DNA of 48,606 nucleotides, from the NCBI GenBank assembly GCA_016873755.1, contig VGWB01000002.1:1-48606 (forward strand). The letters run 5' to 3'. This document shows positions 33,700-43,913 of the stretch, piece after piece. A model generated the notes under the pieces. It was not told the origin of the DNA and did not search any database. It saw only the letters and a program-made list of their open reading frames with translations. The stretch comes from Ignavibacteria bacterium (GTDB lineage Bacteria; Bacteroidota; Ignavibacteria; UBA10030). Each line of letters starts with the position of its first letter. Within the stretch, counting starts at the first letter, position 1. A program made the translations under genes and the position numbers.

Positions 33700-34278
33700 C
33701 TACTTTTTCGTTATCGATCCAATCATCGCATCGAATTCTGCCGCTGCAGCGCCGACGGTCTTTTCCGGGCCGGTGAACTTGAAGAACACAAGACCCTCCG
33801 GCGCCTCAACGATTGCTCCCAGCAGGCGATAGTTCGATTTCTTCCCCTGCGATTCCATCATAGGGCCTGCCGGAGCCAGGTAGGTCCCGCCGATTTCTAC
33901 ACGCATGACGTTCATCCCGCTGACCTGCATCGTGGTCTTGACGGCCTGCCCCGCGTCCTCGAATTGGGATCCCCAACGCTCGATGTTCGAATTCACATCG
34001 CCACCCTGGCCTGCGCCAAAGAAGAAAACTGCACACTCACCTCCCTCAGAATCCCCCTCGGCCTGCGGAACAGCGTATGTCGCAACGCGCATTGATCGCG
34101 CATCGCTCTTTGTCCACCGACTCGGGTACGACCATTCGATTCCGGCAACGGTGGTCTCGGTGGCCTCTTTCGTCAAACTCACATTCTGGGATCCCTCTGA
34201 GCCCCTCTTGCCGCAACCCGGGACGGCGAACAATCCTGACATTAGCACCGCAAGCAACGGAATAAGAAACCTTCTCAT
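33700..34278 (-). CDS. Hypothetical lipoprotein
   Basis: 192 aa. Signal peptide with lipobox FAVPGC. No motif I can name. Confidence 0.7.
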   Translation of the reverse strand: MRRFLIPLLAVLMSGLFAVPGCGKRGSEGSQNVSLTKEATETTVAGIEWSYPSRWTKSDARSMRVATYAVPQAEGDSEGGECAVFFFGAGQGGDVNSNIERWGSQFEDAGQAVKTTMQVSGMNVMRVEIGGTYLAPAGPMMESQGKKSNYRLLGAIVEAPEGLVFFKFTGPEKTVGAAAAEFDAMIGSITKK

Positions 34279-34460
34279 CTAATGCTTTCCTTTCTTTTGT
34301 CTGGTTGGTTTGTCTCTCACATTTCTCATACGATAACCTGGTTGTACTGCTTCATACCGCTCTCGGAGTTCGATCGCCCACTCGGGATCACACTTTCAGA
34401 CAATATTCCCTGATCGCAGCGAGATTCATTCACGCTCCTACCATTCTGGTCGTTCAAACG

Positions 34461-35255
34461 TCATGTGACGACTGCCTTGCCGATAACCGAAACCGCGTTT
34501 ACTCCAGCGTTTGTCAGTATCCCGACTTCAGAAAGATAACTCACCATGCGCATCCCCTTCTTCGCCCAGAGAGCTGCAAGCTCCAGGTCATTCATCTGCA
34601 CAGCCGGGAATACGTTGTGGCGCTGACAAGCTTGCATGACTGATTCAATCGCCGCGACAAGGAGTGGATCGGTCATCTTCCCGCCAATGCCTAATGACAC
34701 CGAAAGATCAGTGGGCCCGGCGAATGCTATATCGACTCCGGGTATCGAGACAATCGCGTCGAGGTTGTCCAGCGCCTGACGCGTTTCGATTTGAACCACA
34801 AGGAGAGATTCCTCGTCGGCGGTCTTCATCACGTCAAGAAGCGGACCCGATTTCAAGTCGGTGTGCCCCCGGCCTACAACGCTGCCCCGCCTGCCGGTCG
34901 GCGGATACTTCATCATCTGAAGGATATCCCGGACCTGCTGCGGATCGGTGATGCGCGGTGCCATTATCCCTTGCGCCCCGCCGTCAAGAGGCTGGACGAT
35001 GTGTGCGTACGACCATTCCGGTATGCGGACGATCGGTGTAATCCCCAGCTTCTTCGCAAACCGGCTCAGGTCTGCGATCGTCTCAATGTTGAAGGTGCCA
35101 TGCTCGTTGTCGATGATCACGAAATCGAGGCCGGCGTTGGCCAGCATTTGCATCACCGACGGCTGCCGAATCTCGACCAGCATCGTGCCGACTGCGGTCT
35201 TGCCATCGCGCAGCGTGCGTTTCAGCCGATTAGGAGCAATGATATCGAGCGACAT
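34461..35255 (-). CDS. HpcH/HpaI-family 2-keto-3-deoxy-acid aldolase
   Basis: 264 aa. GTMLVEIRQPSVMQMLANAGLDFVIIDNEHG, VRIPE and IETRQALDNLDAI are typical of the family. Confidence 0.9.
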   Translation of the reverse strand: MSLDIIAPNRLKRTLRDGKTAVGTMLVEIRQPSVMQMLANAGLDFVIIDNEHGTFNIETIADLSRFAKKLGITPIVRIPEWSYAHIVQPLDGGAQGIMAPRITDPQQVRDILQMMKYPPTGRRGSVVGRGHTDLKSGPLLDVMKTADEESLLVVQIETRQALDNLDAIVSIPGVDIAFAGPTDLSVSLGIGGKMTDPLLVAAIESVMQACQRHNVFPAVQMNDLELAALWAKKGMRMVSYLSEVGILTNAGVNAVSVIGKAVVT

Positions 35256-35280
35256 GGGATCTCCATTTCCGTGGTTCTAG

Positions 35281-35312
35281 GAATGAAGAAGCCGGACTCT
35301 TCATCCGGCCTC
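35281..35312 (-). terminator. Rho-independent terminator after ispG
   Basis: The minus strand reads GCCGGAT-gaaga-GTCCGGC followed by TTCTTCATTC. It is near-identical to the terminator at 15441. Confidence 0.6.
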
Positions 35313-35334
35313 TCTGAAAGATGGGTCGAGAACG

Positions 35335-36462
35335 CTACGTCTCCGGATGGAATCGGTCGACCTCCTCCAGCACGGTGCTCACAATTTCTTCCTCTTTGAC
35401 GCGCTTGATAACCTCCCCTTTCCGATAGAGGATCGCGACGCCCTTCCCCGCTGCGATGCCGATGTCTGCCTCGCTCGCTTCACCCGGTCCGTTAACGACA
35501 CATCCCAGAACGGCAACTTTCACGGGCTTCTTCACACCGGCGAGCTTCTCTTCCAGCTGTCCCATGATGCTGAAGAGGTCAACTTCCAAACGGCCGCAGG
35601 TGGGACAGGCGATCAGCTCGACGTTCCGTGTCGCCAGGCTGAGGGAGCGGAGGATTTCTTTTCCAACTTCAACTTCCTTGACCGGATCGTCGGTGAGAGA
35701 TACACGGATCGTATCGCCGATCCCTTCAGCCAGCAGGGTCCCAATGCCGACGGCAGATTTGATTGTGCCGACCCGTGTCGTTCCCGCCTCCGTCACGCCC
35801 AGGTGAAGCGGAATATCGGTCCGTTGGGCAACCAGCCGGTACGCTTCGATCATGAGCTTGACGTCCGTCGACTTGACCGAGATAACCACGTCCTTGAACC
35901 CGAACTCGTCGCAGATCTCCACGTGGCGCATCGCGCTCTCGTACAGGGCTTCAGGCGTAGGGTACCCATGTTTTTCGAGGATATCTTCTTCCAGCGAGCC
36001 GGAATTCACACCTATCCGGATTGGTATCCGTTTGTCCTTGCAGGCAGTCAGGACTTGACGGATCCTGTCTTTTGATCCGATGTTCCCGGGGTTGATGCGA
36101 ACCTTGGCTACACCCGCCTCAACCGCCTTCAGCGCAAAGATGTGATTGAAGTGGATATCGGCTACGATGGGAACGGTCGATTGCCGCACGATTTCTTTCA
36201 TGGCCTCAGCCGCTTCCTTGTCGTTGACCGTGACCCGCACGATATCGACACCCGCTTCCGCTGCAGCAGCGATCTGGGCAACCGTTCCGGCGATGTCGTC
36301 TGTCTTGGTTTTGGTCATCGTTTGCACCGAGATCGGAGCATCGCCGCCGATCTTCACGCCACCCACGATCACCTGCCGGGTTTTCCGCCGACCGCCGACC
36401 TTGTACGTCTGGTGTGGGGGTGACGCCTGACTGAGAGAGATGTCCGGTACCGTGCTCGCCAT
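35335..36462 (-). CDS. ispG: 4-hydroxy-3-methylbut-2-en-1-yl diphosphate synthase
   Basis: 375 aa. VGGVKIGGDAPISVQTMT, RINPGNIG and the CPTCGR Fe-S motif. Confidence 0.95.
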   Translation of the reverse strand: MASTVPDISLSQASPPHQTYKVGGRRKTRQVIVGGVKIGGDAPISVQTMTKTKTDDIAGTVAQIAAAAEAGVDIVRVTVNDKEAAEAMKEIVRQSTVPIVADIHFNHIFALKAVEAGVAKVRINPGNIGSKDRIRQVLTACKDKRIPIRIGVNSGSLEEDILEKHGYPTPEALYESAMRHVEICDEFGFKDVVISVKSTDVKLMIEAYRLVAQRTDIPLHLGVTEAGTTRVGTIKSAVGIGTLLAEGIGDTIRVSLTDDPVKEVEVGKEILRSLSLATRNVELIACPTCGRLEVDLFSIMGQLEEKLAGVKKPVKVAVLGCVVNGPGEASEADIGIAAGKGVAILYRKGEVIKRVKEEEIVSTVLEEVDRFHPET

Positions 36463-36479
36463 GGATTCCTCTTGATTCC

Positions 36480-37409
36480 CTAATTCAATTTCTTGCTCGC
36501 CTCGAAGAGGATCTTCTTCTCTTCTTCCGTCAGACTCTGGTATCCGCCGCGGCTGATCTTGTCGAGGATCTCATCGATCTTCGCCTGCGTTTCGTCCTTT
36601 TCCATCTTCGGGCCTTCGGTGATGTCGTGAACCTTTGCGTCGACAATTTCTTCAAACTCTTCCGTCTGGCGCTTGGTCGTTTTCAAGTTGATCCACCAGC
36701 CGATCCGATCGATGGTGTGCTGGAACGGGACCCTCCGGCCCAAATAGAGGAGAAACACGTAGCCTGCCAGAGCTCCGCCGAGATGCGCAAGGTTCGCCAC
36801 TGCACTTTGTCCGCCGACGGAGAGAACGCCGAGGATGATCAGGCCGGCGACGAAGTACTTGGCTTTGATCGGAAGGAGGAAATAGAGGAAGATGTATCGA
36901 TCGGGGAACATTACGCCGAAGGCAACCAACACGCCGTAGACCGCGCCGGATGCTCCCACTGTCGGAACGGGCCCGCCAAAACGGCTGATAATGGATGAAG
37001 GCTCCAGAACCGGCGCGAGGAAAAGCTGGGAGAGTCCCGCAACGACACCACAGGTCAGATAGAAGACGAGGAATCTGCGGGAACCCATGACATGCTCAAC
37101 TTCCATCCCAAACATCCAGAGCCCGAAGAACATGTTAAAGAGGATGTGCCAGAAGTCAGCATGCATGAACTGGTATGTGATCAGCTGCCATGGATAGAAA
37201 CCGTACCCGAGCGGCATCAGGCCGAGGTAGTAGTTGAAAACGTATCCCAGGGGTACTCCGCCGAATGTGAACAGGTTCCCACCAAGATTGAGGAGCACGA
37301 AGACCGCACCGTTGATAATCATCAGCCACTTGATGACCGGAGGAAAGAACTGGAATCCACCGAACGTTGACGGTCGATAGTAATTGCGCTGGTTGTCGTA
37401 AATCGCCAT
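36480..37409 (-). CDS. Rhomboid-family intramembrane serine protease with a soluble C-terminal tail
   Basis: 309 aa. HILFNM, GASGAVYGVL (GxSG) and AHLGGALAGY. Confidence 0.9.
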   Translation of the reverse strand: MAIYDNQRNYYRPSTFGGFQFFPPVIKWLMIINGAVFVLLNLGGNLFTFGGVPLGYVFNYYLGLMPLGYGFYPWQLITYQFMHADFWHILFNMFFGLWMFGMEVEHVMGSRRFLVFYLTCGVVAGLSQLFLAPVLEPSSIISRFGGPVPTVGASGAVYGVLVAFGVMFPDRYIFLYFLLPIKAKYFVAGLIILGVLSVGGQSAVANLAHLGGALAGYVFLLYLGRRVPFQHTIDRIGWWINLKTTKRQTEEFEEIVDAKVHDITEGPKMEKDETQAKIDEILDKISRGGYQSLTEEEKKILFEASKKLN

Positions 37410-37427
37410 TCCCGAAAACGCAGAATT

Positions 37428-37480
37428 GAAAGAAAAAAAGAAGCTTTCGGCTTTCAGCGACTCGCCTTCAGCCGAAAGCT
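37428..37480 (-). terminator. Strong rho-independent terminator after pgk
   Basis: The minus strand reads AGCTTTCGGCT-17 nt-AGCCGAAAGCT (11 bp), followed by TCTTTTTTTCTTTC. Confidence 0.8.
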
Positions 37481-38769
37481 CGTTCCTGTGAATCTTGCCC
37501 TATGCCTTGTCGTTGAGCGCTGCCACGCCGGGCAACACCTTCCCTTCCAGAAACTCGAAGCGATGCACCGCCGCCCGTCGAGACATGCGAAACGGCTTTC
37601 TCGAGTCCGGCCTGAGCAATCGCCGAAGCGGAGTCGCCGCCGCCGACAATCGTAACCGCTCCAGCCTTCGTGGCATCAGCGAGAGCCTGAGCGATCGCTG
37701 TCGTGCCCTTGGCGAAGTTCGACATTTCGAAGACGCCCATCGGGCCGTTCCAGACCACGGTCTTCGCCATCTTGATCTGGTCGGTGAACGTCTTGATAGT
37801 CTCCGGTCCGATATCCACACCTGCCCAGTCGGCCGGCATCGAATTCACCGCAACCACTTTTGTGGCTGCCGCATTATCGAACTTTTCTGCCACGAGGGTG
37901 TCAGCGGGTAGGAGAAGTCTGACGTTCTTGGCCTTTGCCTCGGCGAGGAGCTGCTTAGCGAGCTCGATTCTGTCTTCTTCTAACAACGATTTGCCGATTT
38001 CCATTCCCTGGGCCTTGTAAAACGTGTACATCATGCCACCGCCGATCAGCAGCGCATCCACTTTGCCCATAAGGTTCTGGATGACATCGATCTTGCCGGA
38101 GATCTTTGCCCCGCCCAGAACGGCAACATACGGCTTTGCAGGATTCTCGATGGCCTTGCCGAGGTACTCGATCTCCTTCTCCATCAGGAAACCTGCCACA
38201 GCGGGCAGGAAGTGCGCGAGGGTTTCAGTCGATGCATGTGGACGGTGTGCAGTTCCGAACGCGTCGTTAACGTAGACGTCACCGTATGATGCAAGTTCCT
38301 TCGCCATCCGCTCTCGGTCAGCTGCTTCCTTGGAGGTTTCTTCCTTGTGGAAGCGCGTGTTCTCCAGCATCAGGACCTCCCCCTCTTTGAGGCCATCAAC
38401 GACTGCCCTAGTCTCAGGACCGATCGCGCCCGGAGCAAGTTTCACCGGCCTGTTGAGCAACTTGGAGAGGTGCTCAACGACCGGCTTCATCTTGTGCTTC
38501 CCTTCGATGTATTTCACCTCATCGAACGGCTTGCCATCCTTCTCGGCCTTCTCCTTGGCCTTTTGCATATCCTTTTTGGGGTCGCCGAGATGCGACATTA
38601 GGATGAGATATTTGGCTTTCTGATCAATGATGTAGTTGATCGTCGGAAGGGCCGCGCGGATTCGGATGTCGTCCTGGATGACGGCGTTCTTGAGCGGGAC
38701 GTTGAAGTCCACCCGCATCACCACACGCTTGCCACGGAGCTCGATATCGCGTACAGTCTTCTTATTCAT
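37468..38769 (-). CDS. pgk: Phosphoglycerate kinase, with an apparent 1-nt frameshift about 20 codons before the canonical stop at 37500
   Basis: The start is taken at [26 protein letters not shown]. Contains AHRPHAST and VSTGGGASL. The canonical tail [18 protein letters not shown] is encoded in the adjacent frame. Confidence 0.92.
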   Translation of the reverse strand: MNKKTVRDIELRGKRVVMRVDFNVPLKNAVIQDDIRIRAALPTINYIIDQKAKYLILMSHLGDPKKDMQKAKEKAEKDGKPFDEVKYIEGKHKMKPVVEHLSKLLNRPVKLAPGAIGPETRAVVDGLKEGEVLMLENTRFHKEETSKEAADRERMAKELASYGDVYVNDAFGTAHRPHASTETLAHFLPAVAGFLMEKEIEYLGKAIENPAKPYVAVLGGAKISGKIDVIQNLMGKVDALLIGGGMMYTFYKAQGMEIGKSLLEEDRIELAKQLLAEAKAKNVRLLLPADTLVAEKFDNAAATKVVAVNSMPADWAGVDIGPETIKTFTDQIKMAKTVVWNGPMGVFEMSNFAKGTTAIAQALADATKAGAVTIVGGGDSASAIAQAGLEKAVSHVSTGGGASLRVSGREGVARRGSAQRQGIGQDSQERAFG

Positions 38770-38805
38770 CGTAGGCCTCGCCTGCAATGTTTAGCGAAAA
38801 GTGCC

Positions 38806-39861
38806 TTACAGCTTGGAAGCCATCAGGTTGGCGAGATCAGCTGTGCGCACCGAATAACCCCACTCGTTGTCGTACCACGCAACGACCTTCACGAAGTCGT
38901 TCTTTTCTTTGCCCAGAACCGTCGTGAAGGGCAGATCCACCGACGAGCTTGCAGGATCACCCTTGAAGTCGATGCTCACCAGGGGTTCTTCGACAGCCAC
39001 CAGCACACCTTTCATCGGCCCGGCAGCCGCGTCTCGGAAGGCCTGTCGCAGCTCGTCTGACGTGCACGCCACTTCCACCTGAGCGGTGAAATCCACAACG
39101 GATACTGTCGAGGTGGGGACACGCAGTGCATAGCCATCAAACTTGCCCTTCAGTTCCGGAATGACAAGCGCCAGAGCCTTGGCCGCGCCGGTCGTGGTCG
39201 GGATGATGCTCATAGCCGCTGCGCGCGCACGACGGAGGTCGCTGTGCGGCAAGTCGAGAATTCGCTGGTCGTTTGTGTAAGCGTGAATCGTCGTCATCAG
39301 GCCGCGAACGATTCTGAATTTATCGTGCACGACCTTGGCCGCAGGGGCCAGGCAGTTAGTTGTGCAGGATGCGTTCGAAACCACGTGGTGATTCGCCGGA
39401 TCATACTTCTTGTCATTCACACCCACAACGATGGTGAGATCTTCGCCTTCTGCCGGGGCCGAAATTATGACCTTCTTGGCGCCCCCCTTGGTGATATGGT
39501 TCTCCGCACCCTTGACGGTTTTTCCCTTCTTGTTCACCCCGTCCTTCTTGATGGTAAACAGGCCTGTGCTCTCGACGACAATGTCGACTCCCAGGTCCTT
39601 CCAGGGAAGTTTGTCGAGTTCGGTCTCCTTGAAAACCTTGACCGGCTTTCCATCAACGATGAGGGTGCCTTCACCCACCTCCACCTTGCCGTTGAACCGC
39701 CCATAGTTCGAGTCGTACTTGAACAAATGAGCCATTGTTTTGAGGTCGCCGATGTCGTTGACGGCGACAACCTCGAGGGTATTCGGGTAGTAATCGCGGA
39801 TCGCCTTGAGCACCTGACGCCCGATGCGCCCAAAGCCGTTTATTCCGACCTTGACTGCCAT
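38806..39861 (-). CDS. gap: Type I glyceraldehyde-3-phosphate dehydrogenase
   Basis: The start is taken at [15 protein letters not shown], with GGAGG RBS. Contains [12 protein letters not shown] (catalytic Cys) and WYDNEWGYS. The 414-aa ORF-track form is an N-terminal overextension. Confidence 0.95.
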   Translation of the reverse strand: MAVKVGINGFGRIGRQVLKAIRDYYPNTLEVVAVNDIGDLKTMAHLFKYDSNYGRFNGKVEVGEGTLIVDGKPVKVFKETELDKLPWKDLGVDIVVESTGLFTIKKDGVNKKGKTVKGAENHITKGGAKKVIISAPAEGEDLTIVVGVNDKKYDPANHHVVSNASCTTNCLAPAAKVVHDKFRIVRGLMTTIHAYTNDQRILDLPHSDLRRARAAAMSIIPTTTGAAKALALVIPELKGKFDGYALRVPTSTVSVVDFTAQVEVACTSDELRQAFRDAAAGPMKGVLVAVEEPLVSIDFKGDPASSSVDLPFTTVLGKEKNDFVKVVAWYDNEWGYSVRTADLANLMASKL

Positions 39862-39902
39862 GGTTGACCTCCGGGAATAGGGGTGTACCGATCGTTCGAG
39901 TG

Positions 39903-39931
39903 AAAAAATGGGCCTTGAAAGGCCCAAAAAA
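39903..39931 (-). terminator. Terminator hairpin (bidirectional architecture) between comF and gap
   Basis: GGGCCT-tgaa-AGGCCC is flanked by A6 on the plus strand, which gives T6 after the stem on the minus strand. Confidence 0.65.
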
Positions 39932-39982
39932 GTACCCACAAATCGAGTTAAAGTCAAGGAAAGCGTATCTGCACGGCTTTCT

Positions 39983-40696
39983 TCACTCTGCCAGAGCGGA
40001 AGAGGCCGCAATGACGCGCTCAGCACCGGCAGCGCGAAGCTGGTGAGCACATGCGACGATCGTCGATCCAGTGGTAATGACGTCGTCGATCAGAATGCAG
40101 CTTTTCCCCCGGACTACCGGCATGCCATCAGGAACAATCTCAAATGCGTCCTTCACGTTCTTCGCGCGTTCATCCAGCGACAGCGTTGTCTGAGTCTGCG
40201 TGAACCTGGTACGGCGGACGAGATCGGCGCAGACCGGAATGCCCGTAATCGCACTCGCACCGCATGCGATCAGTTCGGCCTGGTTGAATCCTCGTTCACG
40301 CAGTTTCCGCCTGTGCAATGGGATGGGAATGAGACAATCGGCACGAACGCGCCAGGAATTCATCGCTTCCCCCACCTTTTTCCCGAGTTCAAGGCCGATC
40401 GACTGGAAACCCGTGTATTTCAAGGCGTGGGCAATATGCTGAAACGTTCCTTCTTTCTCGAACACGAACGCAGCCACAAGGTCATCGATCATTCTGCTCG
40501 CCAGGAGCTTGGCTCGCGTGTCCAGGTACAGCCCAAGCCCCGGATGAACGAGTTTGATGGAAGCCCAGCAGCTGCTGCAGACATGCCGCTCGCCGTCTGA
40601 GAGAAGGATTCCGCAGGAGAGGCAGGTCGGAGGGTAGAAGAAATCAAGGAGAGGAGTGAAGAACCGGCTGGAGACATTCGTTAGTGTGCGTAGCAT
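39983..40696 (-). CDS. comF: ComF-family phosphoribosyltransferase-domain protein
   Basis: The start is taken at [13 protein letters not shown]. Zinc-ribbon CLSCG...CSSCW and PRPP-binding loop [12 protein letters not shown]. Confidence 0.85.
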   Translation of the reverse strand: MLRTLTNVSSRFFTPLLDFFYPPTCLSCGILLSDGERHVCSSCWASIKLVHPGLGLYLDTRAKLLASRMIDDLVAAFVFEKEGTFQHIAHALKYTGFQSIGLELGKKVGEAMNSWRVRADCLIPIPLHRRKLRERGFNQAELIACGASAITGIPVCADLVRRTRFTQTQTTLSLDERAKNVKDAFEIVPDGMPVVRGKSCILIDDVITTGSTIVACAHQLRAAGAERVIAASSALAE

Positions 40697-40801
40697 CGGG
40701 GGATCTCCGATTTCTGAATGACAATTGATGTTCCCCCAATTAACTGACCAAGACAGGACAACTGTAAATACATCTTCCCAATAGTACAAGTACACTACAA
40801 C

Positions 40802-42859
40802 CTACTTCTGCCGTTTCTCAAGCCGCTCGATCTCGTCCCGCAGCTCAGCGGCGCGCTCAAATTCCAGGTCTTTCGCGGCCCGCTTCATCTCTTCTTTGAG
40901 CTCCTCAAGAAGGTCTTTCCGCTGTTCGGGGCTGAGGTACTTCACTACGGTCTCGGAGACGTGAGCGACCTTGGCCTGCTCTTTCCTTGATGCCCGTTGA
41001 GCCGCAACGTCAGCGATGGCGGTCGCGGCGAGCACTTCCTCCACCGACTTGTAGATCGTGACGGGCCTGATACCGTGCGTCTCATTGTATTTCAGCTGCT
41101 TGCGGCGGCGGCGCCTGGTCTCATCAATCATGCGCTTCATTGACCCGGTCACCGTATCGGCATAGAGGATGACCATGCCGTTGATATTCCGAGCCGTCCT
41201 TCCGGCTGTCTGGATCAGCGAGCGATCCGAACGGAGGAAGCCTTCCTTGTCGGCGTCGATGATCGCGACAAGCGAAACCTCCGGCAAGTCGAGCCCTTCG
41301 CGGAGAAGGTTGACGCCGATCAGCACGTCGAAATCTCCGAGCCTCAGGTCACGCAGAATCTCCACACGCTCGAGCGCGTCTACCTCTGAATGGATATAAC
41401 GAACTTTGATGCCAATGTCCAGGAGATACTCTGTGAGGTCCTCTGCCATGCGCTTCGTGAGCGTCGTAACAAGAACGCGCTCCTTGCTCTGCGCACGTCT
41501 GCGAATCTCCGCAATCAAATCGTCAATCTGATGCTTGCTTGGTCGCACCTCGACCTCCGGATCGACAAGACCGGTCGGTCGAATGACCTGCTCGACGACG
41601 ATCCCTCTACATTTCTCCAATTCGAAATCGCCCGGGGTCGCGCTGACGAAGATGATCTGCTTCACCGTCGATTCCCACTCGTCAAAGGTCAGAGGTCGGT
41701 TGTCCAGCGCAGACGGGAGTCTGAAGCCATATTGCACGAGTGTTTCCTTGCGGGACCGGTCGCCGTGGTACATGCCGCGGATCTGCGGGACCGTGACGTG
41801 CGATTCATCGATCACCGTAAGAAAACCCCCGGGGAAGTAGTCCAGGAGACAATAGGGCCGTGATCCGGGCGGTCTACCGGCAAGGTGCCGCGAGTAGTTC
41901 TCGATTCCCGAGCAGTATCCGATTTCCCTCATCATCTCCATGTCGAAGCGGGTACGCTGCTCGAGGCGCTGCGCTTCCAGCAGTTTCCCCATCGAACGGA
42001 GCTCCGCCAGGTGTTCCTTCAACTCCGCAGTAATCGTTGTAAGCGCTCGCTCAATGCTCGGGCGCGTTGTAACGAATTGCCTAGCCGGATAGACAATCTC
42101 GAAGTCGGTCTCGGCCAGAATCCTACCGTCGGTTTTCTGAATGTAGGAGATCCGCTCGATTTCATCGCCGAAGAACTCGACGCGAAGAGCTTCTTCATTT
42201 TCGTACCCCGGGATTATTTCAACGACGTCGCCGCGTACGCGAAACGATCCGCGAGAGAACTCGTAGTCATTTCGAGCATACAGCATATCCAGCAGTTTCT
42301 TCAGGACCTCGTTCCGCCCTATCTTCTGAGCTTTTCTCAGCGGAAGCGTCTGCGAGATCCATTCCTCGGGCGCGCCGATACCGTAGATACAGCTCACCGA
42401 CGCAACGACGATCACGTGCGGATCGCCGCTCAACAGCGCGCTCGTCGCCCGCAATCGCAACCGATCGATTTCGTCATTGATCGAAGAGTCCTTGGCAATG
42501 TATGTGTCCGTTGTCGGAATATAGGCTTCGGGCTGGTAGTAGTCGTAGTAGCTAATGAAGAACTCGACACGGTTTTTCGGGAAGAAGCTTTTGAACTCAC
42601 CATAGAGCTGCGCGGCGAGCGTCTTGTTATGAGACATCACCAGCACAGGCTTGTTGGTGTGCTGGATGACATTGGAGATAGTGAAGGTCTTACCGCTCCC
42701 TGTGACGCCAAGAAGCGTCTGGTAGCGGTCACCGCGGACCACGCCCTCAACGAGTTGCTTGATCGCTTCGGGCTGGTCACCGCTCGGTTTGTAATCGGAG
42801 ACGAGCTGAAAAGACACTGGGGGATTTTCGGTTTGCAGTTGCCAATTGTCGATTGGCAA
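40802..42859 (-). CDS. uvrB: Excinuclease ABC subunit B
   Basis: 685 aa. [10 protein letters not shown], Walker [13 protein letters not shown], helicase motifs, and a C-terminal UVR domain ([11 protein letters not shown]). The TTG start is uncertain; GTG at 42817 is an alternative. Confidence 0.96.
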   Translation of the reverse strand: MPIDNWQLQTENPPVSFQLVSDYKPSGDQPEAIKQLVEGVVRGDRYQTLLGVTGSGKTFTISNVIQHTNKPVLVMSHNKTLAAQLYGEFKSFFPKNRVEFFISYYDYYQPEAYIPTTDTYIAKDSSINDEIDRLRLRATSALLSGDPHVIVVASVSCIYGIGAPEEWISQTLPLRKAQKIGRNEVLKKLLDMLYARNDYEFSRGSFRVRGDVVEIIPGYENEEALRVEFFGDEIERISYIQKTDGRILAETDFEIVYPARQFVTTRPSIERALTTITAELKEHLAELRSMGKLLEAQRLEQRTRFDMEMMREIGYCSGIENYSRHLAGRPPGSRPYCLLDYFPGGFLTVIDESHVTVPQIRGMYHGDRSRKETLVQYGFRLPSALDNRPLTFDEWESTVKQIIFVSATPGDFELEKCRGIVVEQVIRPTGLVDPEVEVRPSKHQIDDLIAEIRRRAQSKERVLVTTLTKRMAEDLTEYLLDIGIKVRYIHSEVDALERVEILRDLRLGDFDVLIGVNLLREGLDLPEVSLVAIIDADKEGFLRSDRSLIQTAGRTARNINGMVILYADTVTGSMKRMIDETRRRRRKQLKYNETHGIRPVTIYKSVEEVLAATAIADVAAQRASRKEQAKVAHVSETVVKYLSPEQRKDLLEELKEEMKRAAKDLEFERAAELRDEIERLEKRQK

Positions 42860-42900
42860 TCAGCAGTATGTCAGTGGTTACAGTCTGAGATCAACAATTT

Positions 42901-43353
42901 CTAGATTTCTGCTTTGCCGCCGGTCCTTGCTACATTGAGGAACGCGTCGCGAACAAAGTCGGCCGCGTTTGTCTCGAACCCCGGCGGGATTCCCTTCTTC
43001 AACTGATCGTACGCAAATGGATTGCCTCCGGCGGAAATGGTCATATTTGGATTGACAACGATCGCGCGGGTGGCACCGCCACATTTCATCACAACGCTCG
43101 CCTTCACATTCGGGAAGGTTGCTTCGATCACGGCGTCTACATGAACATCGACGCCCAGCACCTTCAGCGCGTCCGGCGAGTCACACTGGACATCAACGTT
43201 CTGCGTCTTCAGAAACGCCAGGCTGTCCTGCACACATTTCCGAGCAAGAGCCGCCACTTCCTGGGCGACGGTCGTAAACTTATCTCGATCAGTAGTAAAC
43301 TTGGACCACTCTTTGATGGTATTGAGCAAAATGTTCTTCGTTGCATCGTTCAT
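42901..43353 (-). CDS. Hypothetical protein
   Basis: 150-aa ORF with normal composition, ATG start, no motif I can name. Confidence 0.6.
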   Translation of the reverse strand: MNDATKNILLNTIKEWSKFTTDRDKFTTVAQEVAALARKCVQDSLAFLKTQNVDVQCDSPDALKVLGVDVHVDAVIEATFPNVKASVVMKCGGATRAIVVNPNMTISAGGNPFAYDQLKKGIPPGFETNAADFVRDAFLNVARTGGKAEI

Positions 43354-43550
43354 AATGCCCCCTACATGTAATCTGTGATGAACTGCGGAGCGAGGAAGAG
43401 GTCACCTCGTCCGTACACCATCTGCCTGGAATCCTGAGCTACAAGGAAGTGGAATCGACTACCAATATACCTTTTCGGTCGACGTTTTGCAAGATTGCCC
43501 GCTTGCTTCCCAAACATCTCTTTTCTACCTTATCGACTATTAAAGCAGAA

Positions 43551-43877
43551 ATGAAACGTCTGGCGCTACTTCTCCCCGTTTTGTCACTCCTGCTCGGTGC
43601 TTGTCGCGAATCACAGACGCCGACTGACCTCCGGGAGGATGAACTGATCAGCGTGTATGCGGAGTTGCTCGTGATGCACGAGCAATTCAAAGCTTCCTCA
43701 TCCCCAATCGACTCCGCAGAGTACAACAGAAGGGTGGAGCAGGTGTTGATATCACACGGGTTCACCAAGGAAGAATTCTACAGCCACATCGAAGCGCAAC
43801 TGCAATCTGCCGACAAATTCCGCCGTTTCCACGAGAAGCTCAACGCCAAACTCGAGCAGCGGAAATCCAAGTCGTAA
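43551..43877 (+). CDS. Small lipoprotein of unknown function
   Basis: The start is taken at MKRLALLLPVLSLLLGAC (lipobox). Helical remainder. Confidence 0.6.
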   Translation: MKRLALLLPVLSLLLGACRESQTPTDLREDELISVYAELLVMHEQFKASSSPIDSAEYNRRVEQVLISHGFTKEEFYSHIEAQLQSADKFRRFHEKLNAKLEQRKSKS

Positions 43878-43913
43878 ATGCTTCCGTCAATAACTTCATC
43901 AGGAGGAAACAGT

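Noticed and set aside
34340-34380. tRNA-like T-arm (GGAGTTCGATCGCCC) in the aldolase-lipoprotein spacer
   Set aside because: The flanking bases do not form a T-stem, acceptor stem or anticodon arm. I found no tRNA or rRNA gene anywhere in the window.
37468-37566. Programmed ribosomal frameshift or a genuine alternative C-terminus in pgk
   Set aside because: I saw no slippery heptamer. The out-of-frame tail is Arg/Gly-rich nonsense that runs into the terminator loop, while the conserved PGK tail sits intact in the adjacent frame.
38806-40050. ORF-track N-terminal extensions, including gap 414 aa, sigma 292 aa, folD 321 aa, carH 317 aa, comF 270 aa, CDP-alcohol transferase 280 aa, VOC 180 aa, ALDH 500 aa and CruF-like 243 aa
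   Set aside because: The internal starts match canonical family N-termini and have RBSs. They also remove overlaps with neighbouring genes, promoters or terminators. The extensions are low-complexity or Arg/Ser-rich.
41885-42904. 339-aa plus-strand ORF antisense to uvrB, and similar long antisense ORFs at 2376-3146, 4201-5016, 5809-6588, 12549-13211, 14146-14922, 35347-36075, 39244-39867 and 47948-48577
   Set aside because: Each lies fully inside a gene with unambiguous family motifs on the other strand. None has a recognisable motif or RBS.
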